From positions 132,111 to 196,110 of the forward strand of contig NMRA01000030.1 of assembly GCA_002633005.1 (NCBI GenBank): a DNA stretch of 64,000 nt, given 5' to 3'. Positions 29,961 through 42,700 of this stretch are shown piece by piece (the first letter of the stretch is position 1; each line of letters opens with the position of its first letter). The translations under genes and the position numbers were made by a program. The DNA is from Phoronis australis (lineage: Eukaryota; Animalia; Phoronida). The notes under the pieces were generated by a model, which saw only the letters and a program-made list of their open reading frames with translations, searched no databases and was not told where the DNA came from.

Positions 29961-30569
29961 GGTCTTTTTGTTTCCGTGTTTCTAGCACAGTTGAAACTTC
30001 ACATCAAAAATATAGCTGATGAACTGTGTTTCGGACCAGAGGTTTATGTTGATACATTACTTGATCAAGAAATCCCGGAATTTTTAAAAACTAGTTTCAC
30101 TTACAAAGTTGTTGCCTGTTAGCGAGTGGCAAATAGAGGCTCACATGATTCACTGAAACCACACTCCACAGCCACACACACAGCCTGCCACAGGCGTCCA
30201 CAGCTTCTGATCGTCCCCAATACACTACATACAATACTACTATTATAATATTCAGCATACACTCATGTTTAGGAACAATGAAGTCATTTGATGACTAGTG
30301 CTATGTAAGTGCTCAAAGATATGATACTTCCCTCTTGAATTTTAGTATCTGATATCAAATTTCATTCATCAATATGAATCCCAAATCTGTCAATGCATGT
30401 GTATACAAACTCCTCAGAGGTTTGAATCTAGATGCCCATGTTTACTTAGTTGCACAATTTGTAACATGGGAAGTAGTGTAATGTGTAGTGTTTGCACACA
30501 ACGTGTCATCAACATATTATGTATTGTTGCGTATTATCTTCCAGTTCGCTGTGTATCTACACTGAAAGG

Positions 30570-30747
30570 ATGAGACTAAGGAAAGCAGCAAAGGACATGG
30601 ACAAGGATGATGGATCTGGCCCAATGACTTCTCTGCACAACACCTCTGTCCTCATAGATCTCCACATTGTTGAGAGATTTGTATACTGGGCATCCTTCAT
30701 CAGTTTAGTTGTATATGCTACATACAGCGTGTATGTGGCTAGCTATG
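30570..30747 (+). CDS. HHAT: HHAT coding exon 1 (MRLRKAAKDM...VYWASFISLVVYATYSVYVASY)
   Basis: Acceptor TCTTCCAG| ending at 30544, ATG at 30570, donor ATG|GTATGA. The true start could be a later Met. Confidence 0.8.
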
Positions 30748-33700
30748 GTATGATAAATATTCTTCATCCCTATACTGACATGATCAAAATCCTTAACATG
30801 AATTGATGAATACTAGAATAAATCTGCTGTGCGCATCATACAGTGTATATGATCTACTCTGCCTGCATCTTAAAAATGGTAAAGTGTGCTGAATTAGATG
30901 ATGCATGGCAACTAAACCTACAAGTCTTTTGATAGCCAATCTCTCAGGCTAATAGGCTTTTAAAGGAAATGCCTAAAATACTTTTAGGAATAAAGAAACA
31001 AAATTTGCAAGCTTGTGTTAAAATTTATTTTTTGAAGGAAAGTGTGTCAATCTCTGTGAAAAATCACGATTTTTTGAGAAAGAAGCCAATCGTGCAACCA
31101 TGAACATCGGGGCATTGCTTCTGTGCGTATGGCAAGGTTCTGTGATCATCAAGAATTTATAGTTTTATGGTTCTACCATGAATACTCAATAGAAATTTAT
31201 TTATAAAATTTGATGCTTGGTAACAAAGCCAGCTTACTACCTTAAAGTTATTGGGTGACTTATACCCCTTTCCCTGCTGATTCTCTCCAACGTCAGACAC
31301 CAGAGATCTCTCCAGTGTCAGCCACCTCAGGTCAAAATACTGTGTCTTTTCAAAATTTGAATTCCTTTGTGGAAAATCCTGTTTGTTACATGAAAACAGT
31401 GGTTTATTTGTTAAAGTTGTTCATTGATTGAATGTACACATAAACCACAACGTAAGTATTAAATTAATAATGAAAATGAAAACACGTTTTCCAACGTAAT
31501 TTTAATTTTCTTTAAAATTAACATTGAATTTCGTTTTCTCATATTGAAATGTATTGTTTATTTTCATGTTGTTTTCAGTTGTTTACACTCAAAACAATAG
31601 TTCGTTGTATATTACAGAGTATGAGGAATTCTTACCAGCCTATGGTTTCAGTCCTGGCTGGAGTTTCTTAGGAAGACAGCAGGACATATCGAACTTCGAA
31701 TGGCATTTCTGGAAGATGTGGTCTGCCAAAATTTTTCCTTGTGTTGCTGGTCACATCATTGTAAGCAGGATTAGTGACTTGGCAGCCCCTCAGGTACACA
31801 ATATATTGTTTGTTTATTATCTGATTGTTGATGATTCATCACTTCAGAAGCTCAGATATTCATTTGTAGTTCACCAGCAGGGAATGAAAACTTGATTAAA
31901 CATAACACACTTTTGTCGTGATGGATGGTCCTGAGTCAGGACATTTACTCGGGATGATCCAAATTCCCGAGAGTATCAAAATTTTGAAATTCTTATCAGC
32001 GCATCTCATTAGTAGCACTAACAGTGCAGAGGTAACTATCTTGTTTATTAATTGCTTATGGAACATTTGCAGATAATCAGTTATTCAACGCGTTGGTAAT
32101 CGAACACTTGCGGTCCTTGGAGTCCTTTTAAGCTTGCATCATGGTCATTCTCATGACTTTTGGTATGCTTCGGACATGCTATGATTATCATATCTGTCAG
32201 TGACCAAGTGATCCCTTGTAGTGTAAGAGTTTACATGTGTGATCCTAATACGGGCTCAAATCACAACCATTGGCACAGTGCATGGACGGCACACCATAGC
32301 GGGCTGGGGGGCTATAGCCCATAATTTTTTTCAGTGCTCCGGTGCCCATGGTCTATGGGCGGTGTACCACAGGGGGGCTGGGGGACTATAGTCCCCCACC
32401 CACTTTTTTCAGTGCTGCGCCACCCATGCAGTGGATGTACAAGTTCTTGTATGGTGCAGTTGGTTACGTAACAGTAGAAGTGTTGATCTCTCAAGAATAG
32501 ACCTTAACAAGCACTGAAATGTTTTCACCAATAAAAATTTCCTGGCAACTTTGAAAAACAATTATTGTGTTCCATGAGCCTTAGACTAAGCATCGCTGTA
32601 CACACTTCCAGCTTACACGGTTGCTATTTCAGATTTACTTCGGTTGCAAAGATCTCTGATCTACTATACTTGACTGTAAGCAAACTGGTTAGTTTCTGAT
32701 ATTTATTAATAACTGGCACTTTCATATAATGCAAAATCCTTCTTTAGTACTTCAATTTTCACATTTTGTTATATTTTTGCATTGTTAAATAACGTAGAAA
32801 ATAAAGCTGAAATTAAACAAGTCGATCCAGATCCTCCCAAGGATACTATTGTTTCACGAAATGTAGAATATAAATATTAGTTAAATAAAACAACAAGAAT
32901 GGATCAACTGAAATTTTCGGATATAATGATGTCCTTCGTCAACAGAAACAGAAATAAAGTAAAATCAAACACTATATGACAATTGACATTTAAAATGTGG
33001 GTACCGTAATGAATATGATTGTTTCCGCAAGAATGTATCATATTCATTACGCACATATATCCGAAAATTTCAGTTGATCCATTCTTGTTGTTTTATTTAC
33101 CTATTTATATTCTGCATTGTTGACTAATTTCAATGGTTTTATTCTTGTATTAAGTTTGCACATGTGTTCTGCTCAGTGGTGCTGTGGTCTTCCAACTGTT
33201 TTGATTCTAACAGAAGTTTGTGTAGCATTATTTCACTGCTAGTTCTATCGTATAAAATGAGAGTCATTGGAACTCCAAGTGTAATGTATTTAGGGTGTTT
33301 AACTTAAAAGTGTATCGGTGGTAACATATCCATCTGCATCTGGGTATGAAGGTCCCATCCAGATGATTTATCTGACATAAAACTACATCAAGGATACGGT
33401 AAATTTTCCTCAAATTCAAACAAAAACAAAAATAATGACCAAAATTGTAATTTTTTATTTTTCAGATGCCAAAAATGTTCCAAAAATTTCACCTTGTATC
33501 TGTGGATGACAGCTGCACTACAAAAAGTAAAACTCTTTTTGAAAATTTTGATAAAGTGAAATGTTAGTGTTCTGCCATACTGTGTTCTAATTTGAAGAGT
33601 TTGCTGTACCTCTGTTATAATGTGCGCACATTGTGAGAACCAGTTTTCTCCATGGAATGACATGCATCAACTGGTTCTCAAAATGCACACTTAATGTATC

Positions 33701-36700
33701 AGACTTATGGCCCGATTTTGGACAAAAAGTCGCCAAAATGCAATTTCTCAAAGGCTTACTACAGATGCAAAAATTCACTAAATTTGTTTCGAAAACAGCT
33801 GTACTTAAGTAAAAATTTCATGATATTGTTGAGATCTAACAATTTCACTTAAGTCCCAATGTGTTACTTTAAGCCTATAATTGCCTAATCACCTGACGTG
33901 CCAGGAAGATGAGATTTTACTACGTGACAAATGTATTCAAGAAAATGTCAAATAAGTGCAAAATACATAAATGCAGTCACTGTCAATGTTTGCTGTTAAA
34001 GGCACATGAGTCAGTGATGAGTGTACACACCTTCAAAAGTTGCCTGCAAATACTTCATTTTTACCACTTTATCCATATTTATTCACAGTTGTGTTCTCTG
34101 CTCAGGGCATTATGTAACATGAAAATTTTGTTAACTACACATTGATTGACGTTTTGGTTTGTTCAATATGTCGTTGTTTACATATGCGCTGATTTTCGTA
34201 CTCATATTTTGGCCAAAAACAAATGTGAAAAATTTATTGTCTGCTTTCAGTTCAAGAAGTGGGTGTATACTACTGCAGGTCTTGCATCGTTGACATTTCT
34301 GATGGGCTGGCGTGCTGTGGTCTTACTTAACAGTCATTGTGCCATTACTTACCTAGCAACTTTGTTGACAAAGTCTGTGTCATGTGTCTGGCTCGTCGAT
34401 TTACTGTTATTAGCAACACTGAATTTCAATCCATTTAGTGATCTCATGGTAAGAAATGTATTTTTGCTTAGAATTGTTTCTATAGAAATGTATCAGTGAA
34501 TTCTTTAACTTAGGGCAAAAGTTATTAAGCGAGAAGAACCCTGGAATCCTGGGGACAACTGCTTTGTTTCACTCGTCAACCAGAACTCCCAATACACAGC
34601 TGGCCACAATACATGTGAAACACAATTAACCTAATGATGGCTAAGTACAAACTCATGTGACCTGTATAGTTACATATAAACAATAAGAGTTACAGCAACC
34701 GGAGTGGTCAACGACCACCACACAAACAGCCTTTCATATTATGTCGTACAAGTTAAACAACAAAGACCCTAAAGCCGCTTGACAATTTTTTGTTGAGAAA
34801 TCCATTTGTCGGCTATGTTTTGTGGAGTTCGAGTAGTTTCAATGGAAAAGAAATTAAATGATCTATTGATAATGATAATGATAACAAAAATAGTATATTT
34901 ATTAATTGTTTTATACAGCATGGTTTTATGCAGTTTTGAATATTAAGTATCAGTCCACGGATCCACCGACCACTGTACAGCCAACAAGCGGCAAGGTGGG
35001 GGGTCAGCCATTCAGATCCATGTTTAGTCTGATAAATCACATTAGGGATGAGAGAAATTGGGTGAAGTATGACCCCACAAAGTTTGGTGGTTTAGGAGAT
35101 ACAAGGGAAGTGTTCTTGGGGGCAAAATGAGGCAATTTCTTGTTGTGGAATGAGTCATTTTTTACCAAATTTTCTACTCCAGTTTCTGCTTCAAACAGAA
35201 TCGTTTCTGAACAATTTTGATATCACACGATAGGTTCATGACCAATGTCAGTAAAAACGGCACCGACACTGCAATATCTGTTACCATGGTAACACTGGAA
35301 CTGTTTCCGTGGAGGTACCTTTCCTTCTTGTGAAAAACCAGCAGTAAGTTGTACCCTTATAGCGAAGCTGCCCCCGCGAGAAAACTAAAAATAATAACAT
35401 GGACATGTAGAAGACTCCATGCCCTTGAAATTAATACAATAAAAACTTTGTCAGCCCTTCAGGCAGGCTTGGTAATAGGTGTCTGAATTTCACTATTTTC
35501 AGACCGCGTATGTGTATTTGTCATGTTAAACCAGTCACTAGTTGTGCGCCGTTTCTACGCATTAATATGCCGTGGTATAATACAACAATTAAAAGAATTG
35601 GTTTGCTTAAATGTTTTTAATTAATTTTAAAGACACTAGCATTTCCCACTAAAATATGAAATTATACTAAATTTGTTCATCCAACTCGTCTGAATACCAA
35701 ACTAAAGCTTACAATGCGTTAGTTGAATGATGGCTGACCTAAAGTGCGGGTTTGCGAATTTATCTATTTATCTGGCACTGCCAGTCGCATCGAATGTGGT
35801 ATTTCTACAAATTGCGGAGAGAAACAACTTTGGAAACTCTTGGGAAATGCACAAGGTATAGAGCGAGACATTTGAGCACCTTATAAGAGTACGTGGAGCT
35901 GATGTGGAGGTGGAACGTGTCCTCCTGAGAAGTAGTCTGTCTCAGTGTCTGCCTCGGAGGCAGGTGTGCAGCAGGAGCTACATAATCTACCGTATTAGAT
36001 TCACTTGCCCGAATCATCGTTACAACACTCGAGATATATTGCTGTCGCCAAAGACACTGAGAACATCCACTGCACACTAGAGGAGAAATCTGATAGAGCC
36101 TGATAGAGGTCTGAAAAATGACCAAAGACGTTAAGTCAAGGTTCAACGTCCTGCTTCGTGTGAGCTCAGGTAGGAATCACTAAACTCCAGGGTCTGACCC
36201 TGAGGAATATTTTTAGAAGCACGTCATTCATGCAAAAATACTTTTATTGTCACACCGTGATTGCTTATAACTTGGGCCTTATTGCTTAATCATATCTTAT
36301 TCAAATGTGTTGATGTTTATGCAACTACATGTATACATTGGCATAGAAAATAGGTAGTCATCATAACTTTTCATAACAACCACCAAATGTGTAACATGAC
36401 TTCTGCCCATGAACTACTTTTAGAGACTAGGGAGTATGTTATGTCTGCCAATGAATTTCTGCGATTATGAAGTTAATTAAACATGCTAAAGCCGTCAAAA
36501 ATATTGGTGCCTTCACTTTAGCTTGGTATTCATATTTTCTGAGCCGAAATGGCCACATTAAATTTAATATGTTTAATTTTTTCATTAATACAATTTTAGG
36601 AATCAGGAAAGGCTTATGCTGAAGAAGTGGCTTCTGCTGAAGTTGGAGACTTGCCGATTATTAGTAAAGGTTGGGTATGGAAAAGTTCACAACCAGCAAG

Positions 36701-39700
36701 AAGGTACCCTTCTGGACAACTAAGTGAGGGGGCTAGAGAGAGGCCGTAAAGTCTACTCCCAGAAGATATGTCAAAGAGAATTTGTAGCTTGAGGAACGAG
36801 TCGGGGGAAAAAGTATTTGCCAAAGATTACTGGCTTATACCACAACAGGTCCAAAGTAATTTCTTGAGATAGGCCACTCTCAGCAAATGTGGGGAAACTG
36901 GGACAGAGGAAGTGGAGTATGCATTGAAAGAGGCAATCTGCGATTGTCAAGGATGTAGCATTGTAAAAATTCAAAGGGAGGAAACAGTACAGTGGCTGGA
37001 CCTGTAAATACTCTGGCTGATCTGCTAAATCCAGTGGGGGCATTATTGTATCAGCACAGCTGTGTAGGGAAGTAGGCTTGTGTGTTGTCGCAAGCTTTGT
37101 TTGCACCAGAACTGCTTGTGTGAACAGCACAAATCTAAAATTTACCTAGTCTAAGACTGAATTTTTCTCCGGGCACGGATCATGATCCTGGGCCACATGG
37201 TAATGGTACATTGTTCATTTTGTTTAGCCACTGGATTTTTTGGTCTGACAGGATTTCTCAGTGTGGCCATCACATTTAGATGATTTCTGACCACTGTACT
37301 GTTCCTTTTCCTTGAAGATGCATAATTGATCTGAATTTATGTTTCCGCATTTTATTTACCATTATAGATTTTTGTTTGTAAATGGGTATATATTACTGAA
37401 ATTTGAGACCCTGTTGCAGTTAGGCTGGTTTTGTTAACTTATCTTTCTACCTGGGTTGTAAACCCATATTCTGTCCAGGAGGTAATAAGTTTTGATTTAG
37501 ACCATTTACCTCTATAAACTTTGCTCAGTTTGTTCCTTATCCAGATGGGAAGTGATTTCTGGAATTGTAGCGAATTGACAGTTTGCTATTCCTTGAGACC
37601 ATGCTGTGTGTATAAAATCGCACACTATTAGTCTGGTCTTTAGCAATTGCATATTGCCAGATCTTTCAAAGTTCTGAAATTGCTCAAAAGTGACCTGGAA
37701 GTAATACCTATTTCGTGATGGTAAAATATCTAAATCAAAAGTTGTTTTATGTGATTTTAGGCGAGTTTATGTCCACTTCAAATGATTTTTTGTTGCAGTA
37801 CTGAAAAGTATTGGCACATTAGCTCTGGTGGCTCCTTGTTTTTTTGGCGAATTGACCATTTTATGGTTCCCATGGGTAATTTTGTTACTGGTCTAGTATG
37901 TATGTACAACTGTAATCGTAGGGCAATTGTAATGCAAACCATGTTGCAAAAGTATTTTTTCATGACCATTTCATTGTAAAATGCTGCCTAATTGGAACCG
38001 ACAAGCCAATTTTTCATTTTGTGGTGGTTAGTTTTGATAAGAACATTGATGTGGTAAATACAGCTACCTCAAGTTTGTGAAGAAGAGATTTCCAGTGTTG
38101 TCAGCGATATTGCGAAATCACTTTTTCGCAGTGAGACTACATCACCTTAAATGTAATTCCCTGACTTTATGGGCTTTGTGTGGTTGACTCTGTCCTGTAG
38201 CAATTAGAGTGTTGAAAAGATCTAGAAGGCAATTTTTTATTAGAGTCATAATATTTGCACTTTTGACTGTACAGTTATCTTTGCATTGTATTACGAAAAC
38301 ATATTTTGTAGTACACAAGTCTCTGGTTGGTATTTTATATTTTTTCACAAGGAATATTTTCAACTTAGATGAGTTGTCTGTGAGGTAGGCAATTTTCAAA
38401 TAAGATAATGAATAAAATTGTCAAACATTGTTTTATTTTTTAGATGTGTGATCTTCCAATAAGTGATTACTTTTAAAAAACCTGTGCAGAATTTGATTTT
38501 TACTCTTCATTTGAAGGAGAATAAATCCATAAACCTGCATTGTCTAGAAATTTTACTCAAACTACATATTACAGGGTTGGGGATTGGAATCTTAATACAA
38601 CAGAGTCTGAACCCGTACCATGAGCAATACAACACAATACACGGATATAAAAATTTGGTGTTTAGGTTCCACGGAAAGGATTCGTGTGCGCGGTAATAGT
38701 TACTAAGGTGCGTGGTCATTGTTTGTGGATACTTTGGGATTCCTCTTCTGTGGTCATCCACGGGAAACCTGGTCGCATAGAGAACAATAGATTAGCATCT
38801 TCATTGTTTCCGTTGTTATAATAAAGATATAATGACGAGCACTTATCGGCAACGGTCTGATGTACGCAAGGTTCTATATCCATGCGACCTGTGTTGTTAC
38901 ATCCAACAATGACACAACAAAGGAAAACAATGATAGGACCGATGGGCGAAAAACATGCGACGAGTTGCCATGGACAGTGGTGGAGTTTGTCTTGTCATTC
39001 GAATGTTTTTACAGAACTGCAAACCCGGTATTTCGTCAGGAAAATTTCTGCGGTCTTTTGTTTTAAGTCGTGGGAAAAATTGCGGTCATGCAACCAAACT
39101 TATCCTTCATTTGATATTACAATGCATTGCATGAACATTTGATCAACAGAAAATCTGACTTGAATATGTGTGAAGAAATACCCATGAGGAAATTGCAAAG
39201 TAAAACAACTGTAAATCAAAATAACCTACATTTGTCGAGTTCATGTCTAACCCTGTTCACTGTGGAGGACATAATCGGCTTTTTACAAAATGGAGCCATG
39301 TATGGTATTTAGGGGTACTATAGCCCTAAGTGATCAGTAGTAAAACGTTCAAAACATTCAGGAGGAACTAACTTGTTGCAAAATATCGAAAAACATGCAG
39401 GACAATCGGATTTTACGGTGCTTACGCATCGGTCTCAGATGTATGAAAATTTCTCATTTTAGTACATTTGAGGTGCCAAAATATATAACTAATAAACTGG
39501 CTGACAAAGTTTTTATTTTATGAAATGAAAGTAACATGTTTTGTCAACATTTTGGCTAAGTTTCATTCTCATAACAGTGGGGGCAGATTTGGTACAGCAG
39601 TGTACTGAACACAACCTCAAAATGGCATAACGGGGGGCAGTGTAGTAAAACTACTAAATGAGGGTGGTAAATCGGAATCGTGTTTCAAGACATCTGTGTA

Positions 39701-42700
39701 ACAATCTACAGGCACCACTAAACAATGCCAAGTGAATAATAAATCAATAGCTTTCATTCAAGGAAAAATATGAACAGTTGAAACTGGACAGTTTTTATAC
39801 CGTGAAAACATGGCTGCGAAACCGTAAAATGTGTTTGAACCTATAACTTTAGAAAAACACAATATTTTGAGGAAATATTTTACCGCTGTTTATAGACCCC
39901 ATAGGACTACATATGTGCCAAATTTGGTGAAAATCGGCTGACCCCCACCTTGCCGCTCATGGTTGGTGCTCTCGTGGACTAGTACTTAAGCTGCCTTCTT
40001 TCAAAAAGTAATTTTGATTTAGACCCTTGCTGTTTATTTTGTTTCATTCTCAAATTCGGTGTGATTTGTCGACTAATTAACATTTATATGTGTGTACCTG
40101 TGTGTGAGGGGACATCATGCTGTCATCTCCGTCAGGGCATCTGTTTGGCATCCAGCTGTATTTCCAAAACTCTTCTTTGGTATTTGTGAATGTTGCAGAC
40201 ATCTATCTTGAATGATATGACACTGCCACTATGCACCCGAGTGGCAATTTTGTTTTTTTAATGTTTGTCACCGTCTATTCAGAGGCCCTCAATAGCTTTT
40301 CATGAAATTTAGCAAAACGTAGTATCAAAGCGTCAGTGGTGCCTTTCCGTTTCCCGTTGAATGGATTTACTATGTGCCACTTAGTGTCTGTTTTTACTGG
40401 TTTCAAGTTGTTTAGCATATTCTTCTCTTCTCTGTATGCCAAGTCTTACTGACAATTGTTTTACTACTGAGAGCAGCAAGTTTGACGATTATTTTTAGTC
40501 AGCTCCAACTACATTGGTGTCCATAAGAGGCACTTTGTTGCAATTCTGTAAGCCCCTTACAGGATCTTATTTTTAAATCTGGCACATGTATTTGTATGAA
40601 CGTTAAAACGACGTTTGGACAAAAGTGGCAACTTTGTTTTTCTTTGCAATTGGATTGAGATCTACAGAGTTCATGAAATTTGACAGTAAGGTTTTGTCCA
40701 GGAGATGACTGGTGTTGCACACACCCTAGTGGCATTGTCGTCTGCTTCCCTATCCTCCAAATTTCTTGAAGAATCCTGATGACAGATGGCAGGTGTCTTC
40801 CTATTAAGGGGAGGATTGCTGGCTTGCTTTGTACTCCTAGAGGTTATTTCCATTTTTCTGGTATTGCTGCCTTTAATTTATAATAAGTTAAACGATAATC
40901 TCTTGTAGCTGCACTGTATGTGATGCACACTGTGGGTGTATATCAATGCTCAACCTTGCTCTTGCTATTGCTTGACACCAGACTTAGTATGCTGTCTTGT
41001 TATGACAGATCATTTTTATGCTGAGCATGATCTCTTGCAATAACAAGATGAGCACGATATCTTGCAATAACAAGCTGAGCACGATATCTTGCAATAACAA
41101 GCTGAGCATGATCTCTTGCTATAACAAGCTGAGCACCATCTCTTGCAATAACAAGCTGAGCACGATCTCTTGCAATAACAAGCTGAGCACCATCTCTTGC
41201 AATTACAAGCTGAGCACCATCTCTTGCAATAACAAGCTGAGCACGATCTCTTGCAATAACAAGCTGAGCACGATCTCTTGCAATAACAAGCAGAGCACGA
41301 TCTCTTGCAATAACAAGCTCAGCACAATCTCTTGCAATAACAAGCTGAGCATGACATCTTGCAGTAACATGCTGAGCATGATCTCTTGCAATAACAAGCT
41401 GACAGTCAAAAGTTGATTCCTTTTTATGGAAGAGGCTTTTACACGGACAAGCAAAGTGGAATACACGTAATGGTAAATTTTATAAGTTGTTTTTTTCAGA
41501 GAAATGTGTTTGAGGATGACCCATATGAATATCAGTATTACCTTCTTGTCTTCACTGTGGCCATGTTGAACATTCGATGCATCAGTTTTGGCCTGGAAGT
41601 ATGCCACAGTTCCTGTGAAATGGACAAAACTGACACAACTCGGACATCGTCTGCTTTAATAGACGCGTGGACCTATTTCTTTTACTTGCCTCTCTTCTTC
41701 TGCGGCCCCATTTTCACCTATGACACATTTCTAATGCAGGTAAGTCAAGTTTTGTTTTCATTTATCATAAAGATTATATCTTTTGCAGCTTCAAGCACAT
41801 TGAAATATGTACTATATGCATTTGTTGTAAAAGTGAATTCGATTTGTTCCAAGTTGGACCTCATAGCAGTTGTTTGAGATGTTTTGTTTTGCTCCTTATG
41901 AAGTGCATTGTGACTGGATGGTGCTGCCACCCATTAGTGAGGAGATGAAATTATATGTTAAAAATCATAGTGGTGTAAAAAATTCTCTGCTATGGGATGA
42001 AGTGATTCTTAGTGTTATGTTCTGTCCTGGACCACTTGTTCTCAGCTGCAATTGTCAAACCACATGAGAATGGCATTTAAATGCTGGTTGATAGTGGCAG
42101 GAGTCCATTGCTACATTAATTTTAATTTAATACTGTGATTTTTAAAACAATCGCAATATTTGAAGTTTGTTTTCAAATAATGGTTTGTTCCTTAGTCCTC
42201 AACAATAGTTAAACAGGTGTGATAATCCTGTTAACAAGCATAGACTCAAAAGAAGATCCAAAAGAAGAGAGCAATGCTGACAATAACGGTGCCCTCTGTT
42301 GGCTGTTTCGTTTTTTCCGCCTCTCTCAATGTCTATAATGTTCCTTCCTGATAAATTTTCATAAACTTAAGCACAGTTTTGTGTTCTTTTTGAGGAGAGC
42401 TTGGCTGATGTTGATTCTTGGGCAGATCTGATTGCTGTCTCACCAATTCTTGCAATTTAGGTTTGCTTTGCATCTGCATCGATAACTTTCAATTGAAGAT
42501 CTTCATGAAATTTGGCATGTGTGCTTGCATTCTGGAAGCTCAACCAAGTTTCTTGTTTTTTAATGGACCTGACTACCTTATATCTGGGAAGTTCGAAGAC
42601 AGGCCTTCATGAACTTTGATCTATGTGTTCCTTATGAGGAGAGTACATCAGATGTTGATTTTAGAATGGATTTGACTATCGTGGAAATATTTGAAAAATT

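Noticed and set aside
41018-41607. Repetitive ORFs (LSTISCNNK)n and (LLLQEIVLS)n as proteins
   Set aside because: They are by-products of a stop-free 27-bp minisatellite in an HHAT intron, open on both strands, and not needed for the HHAT reading frame.
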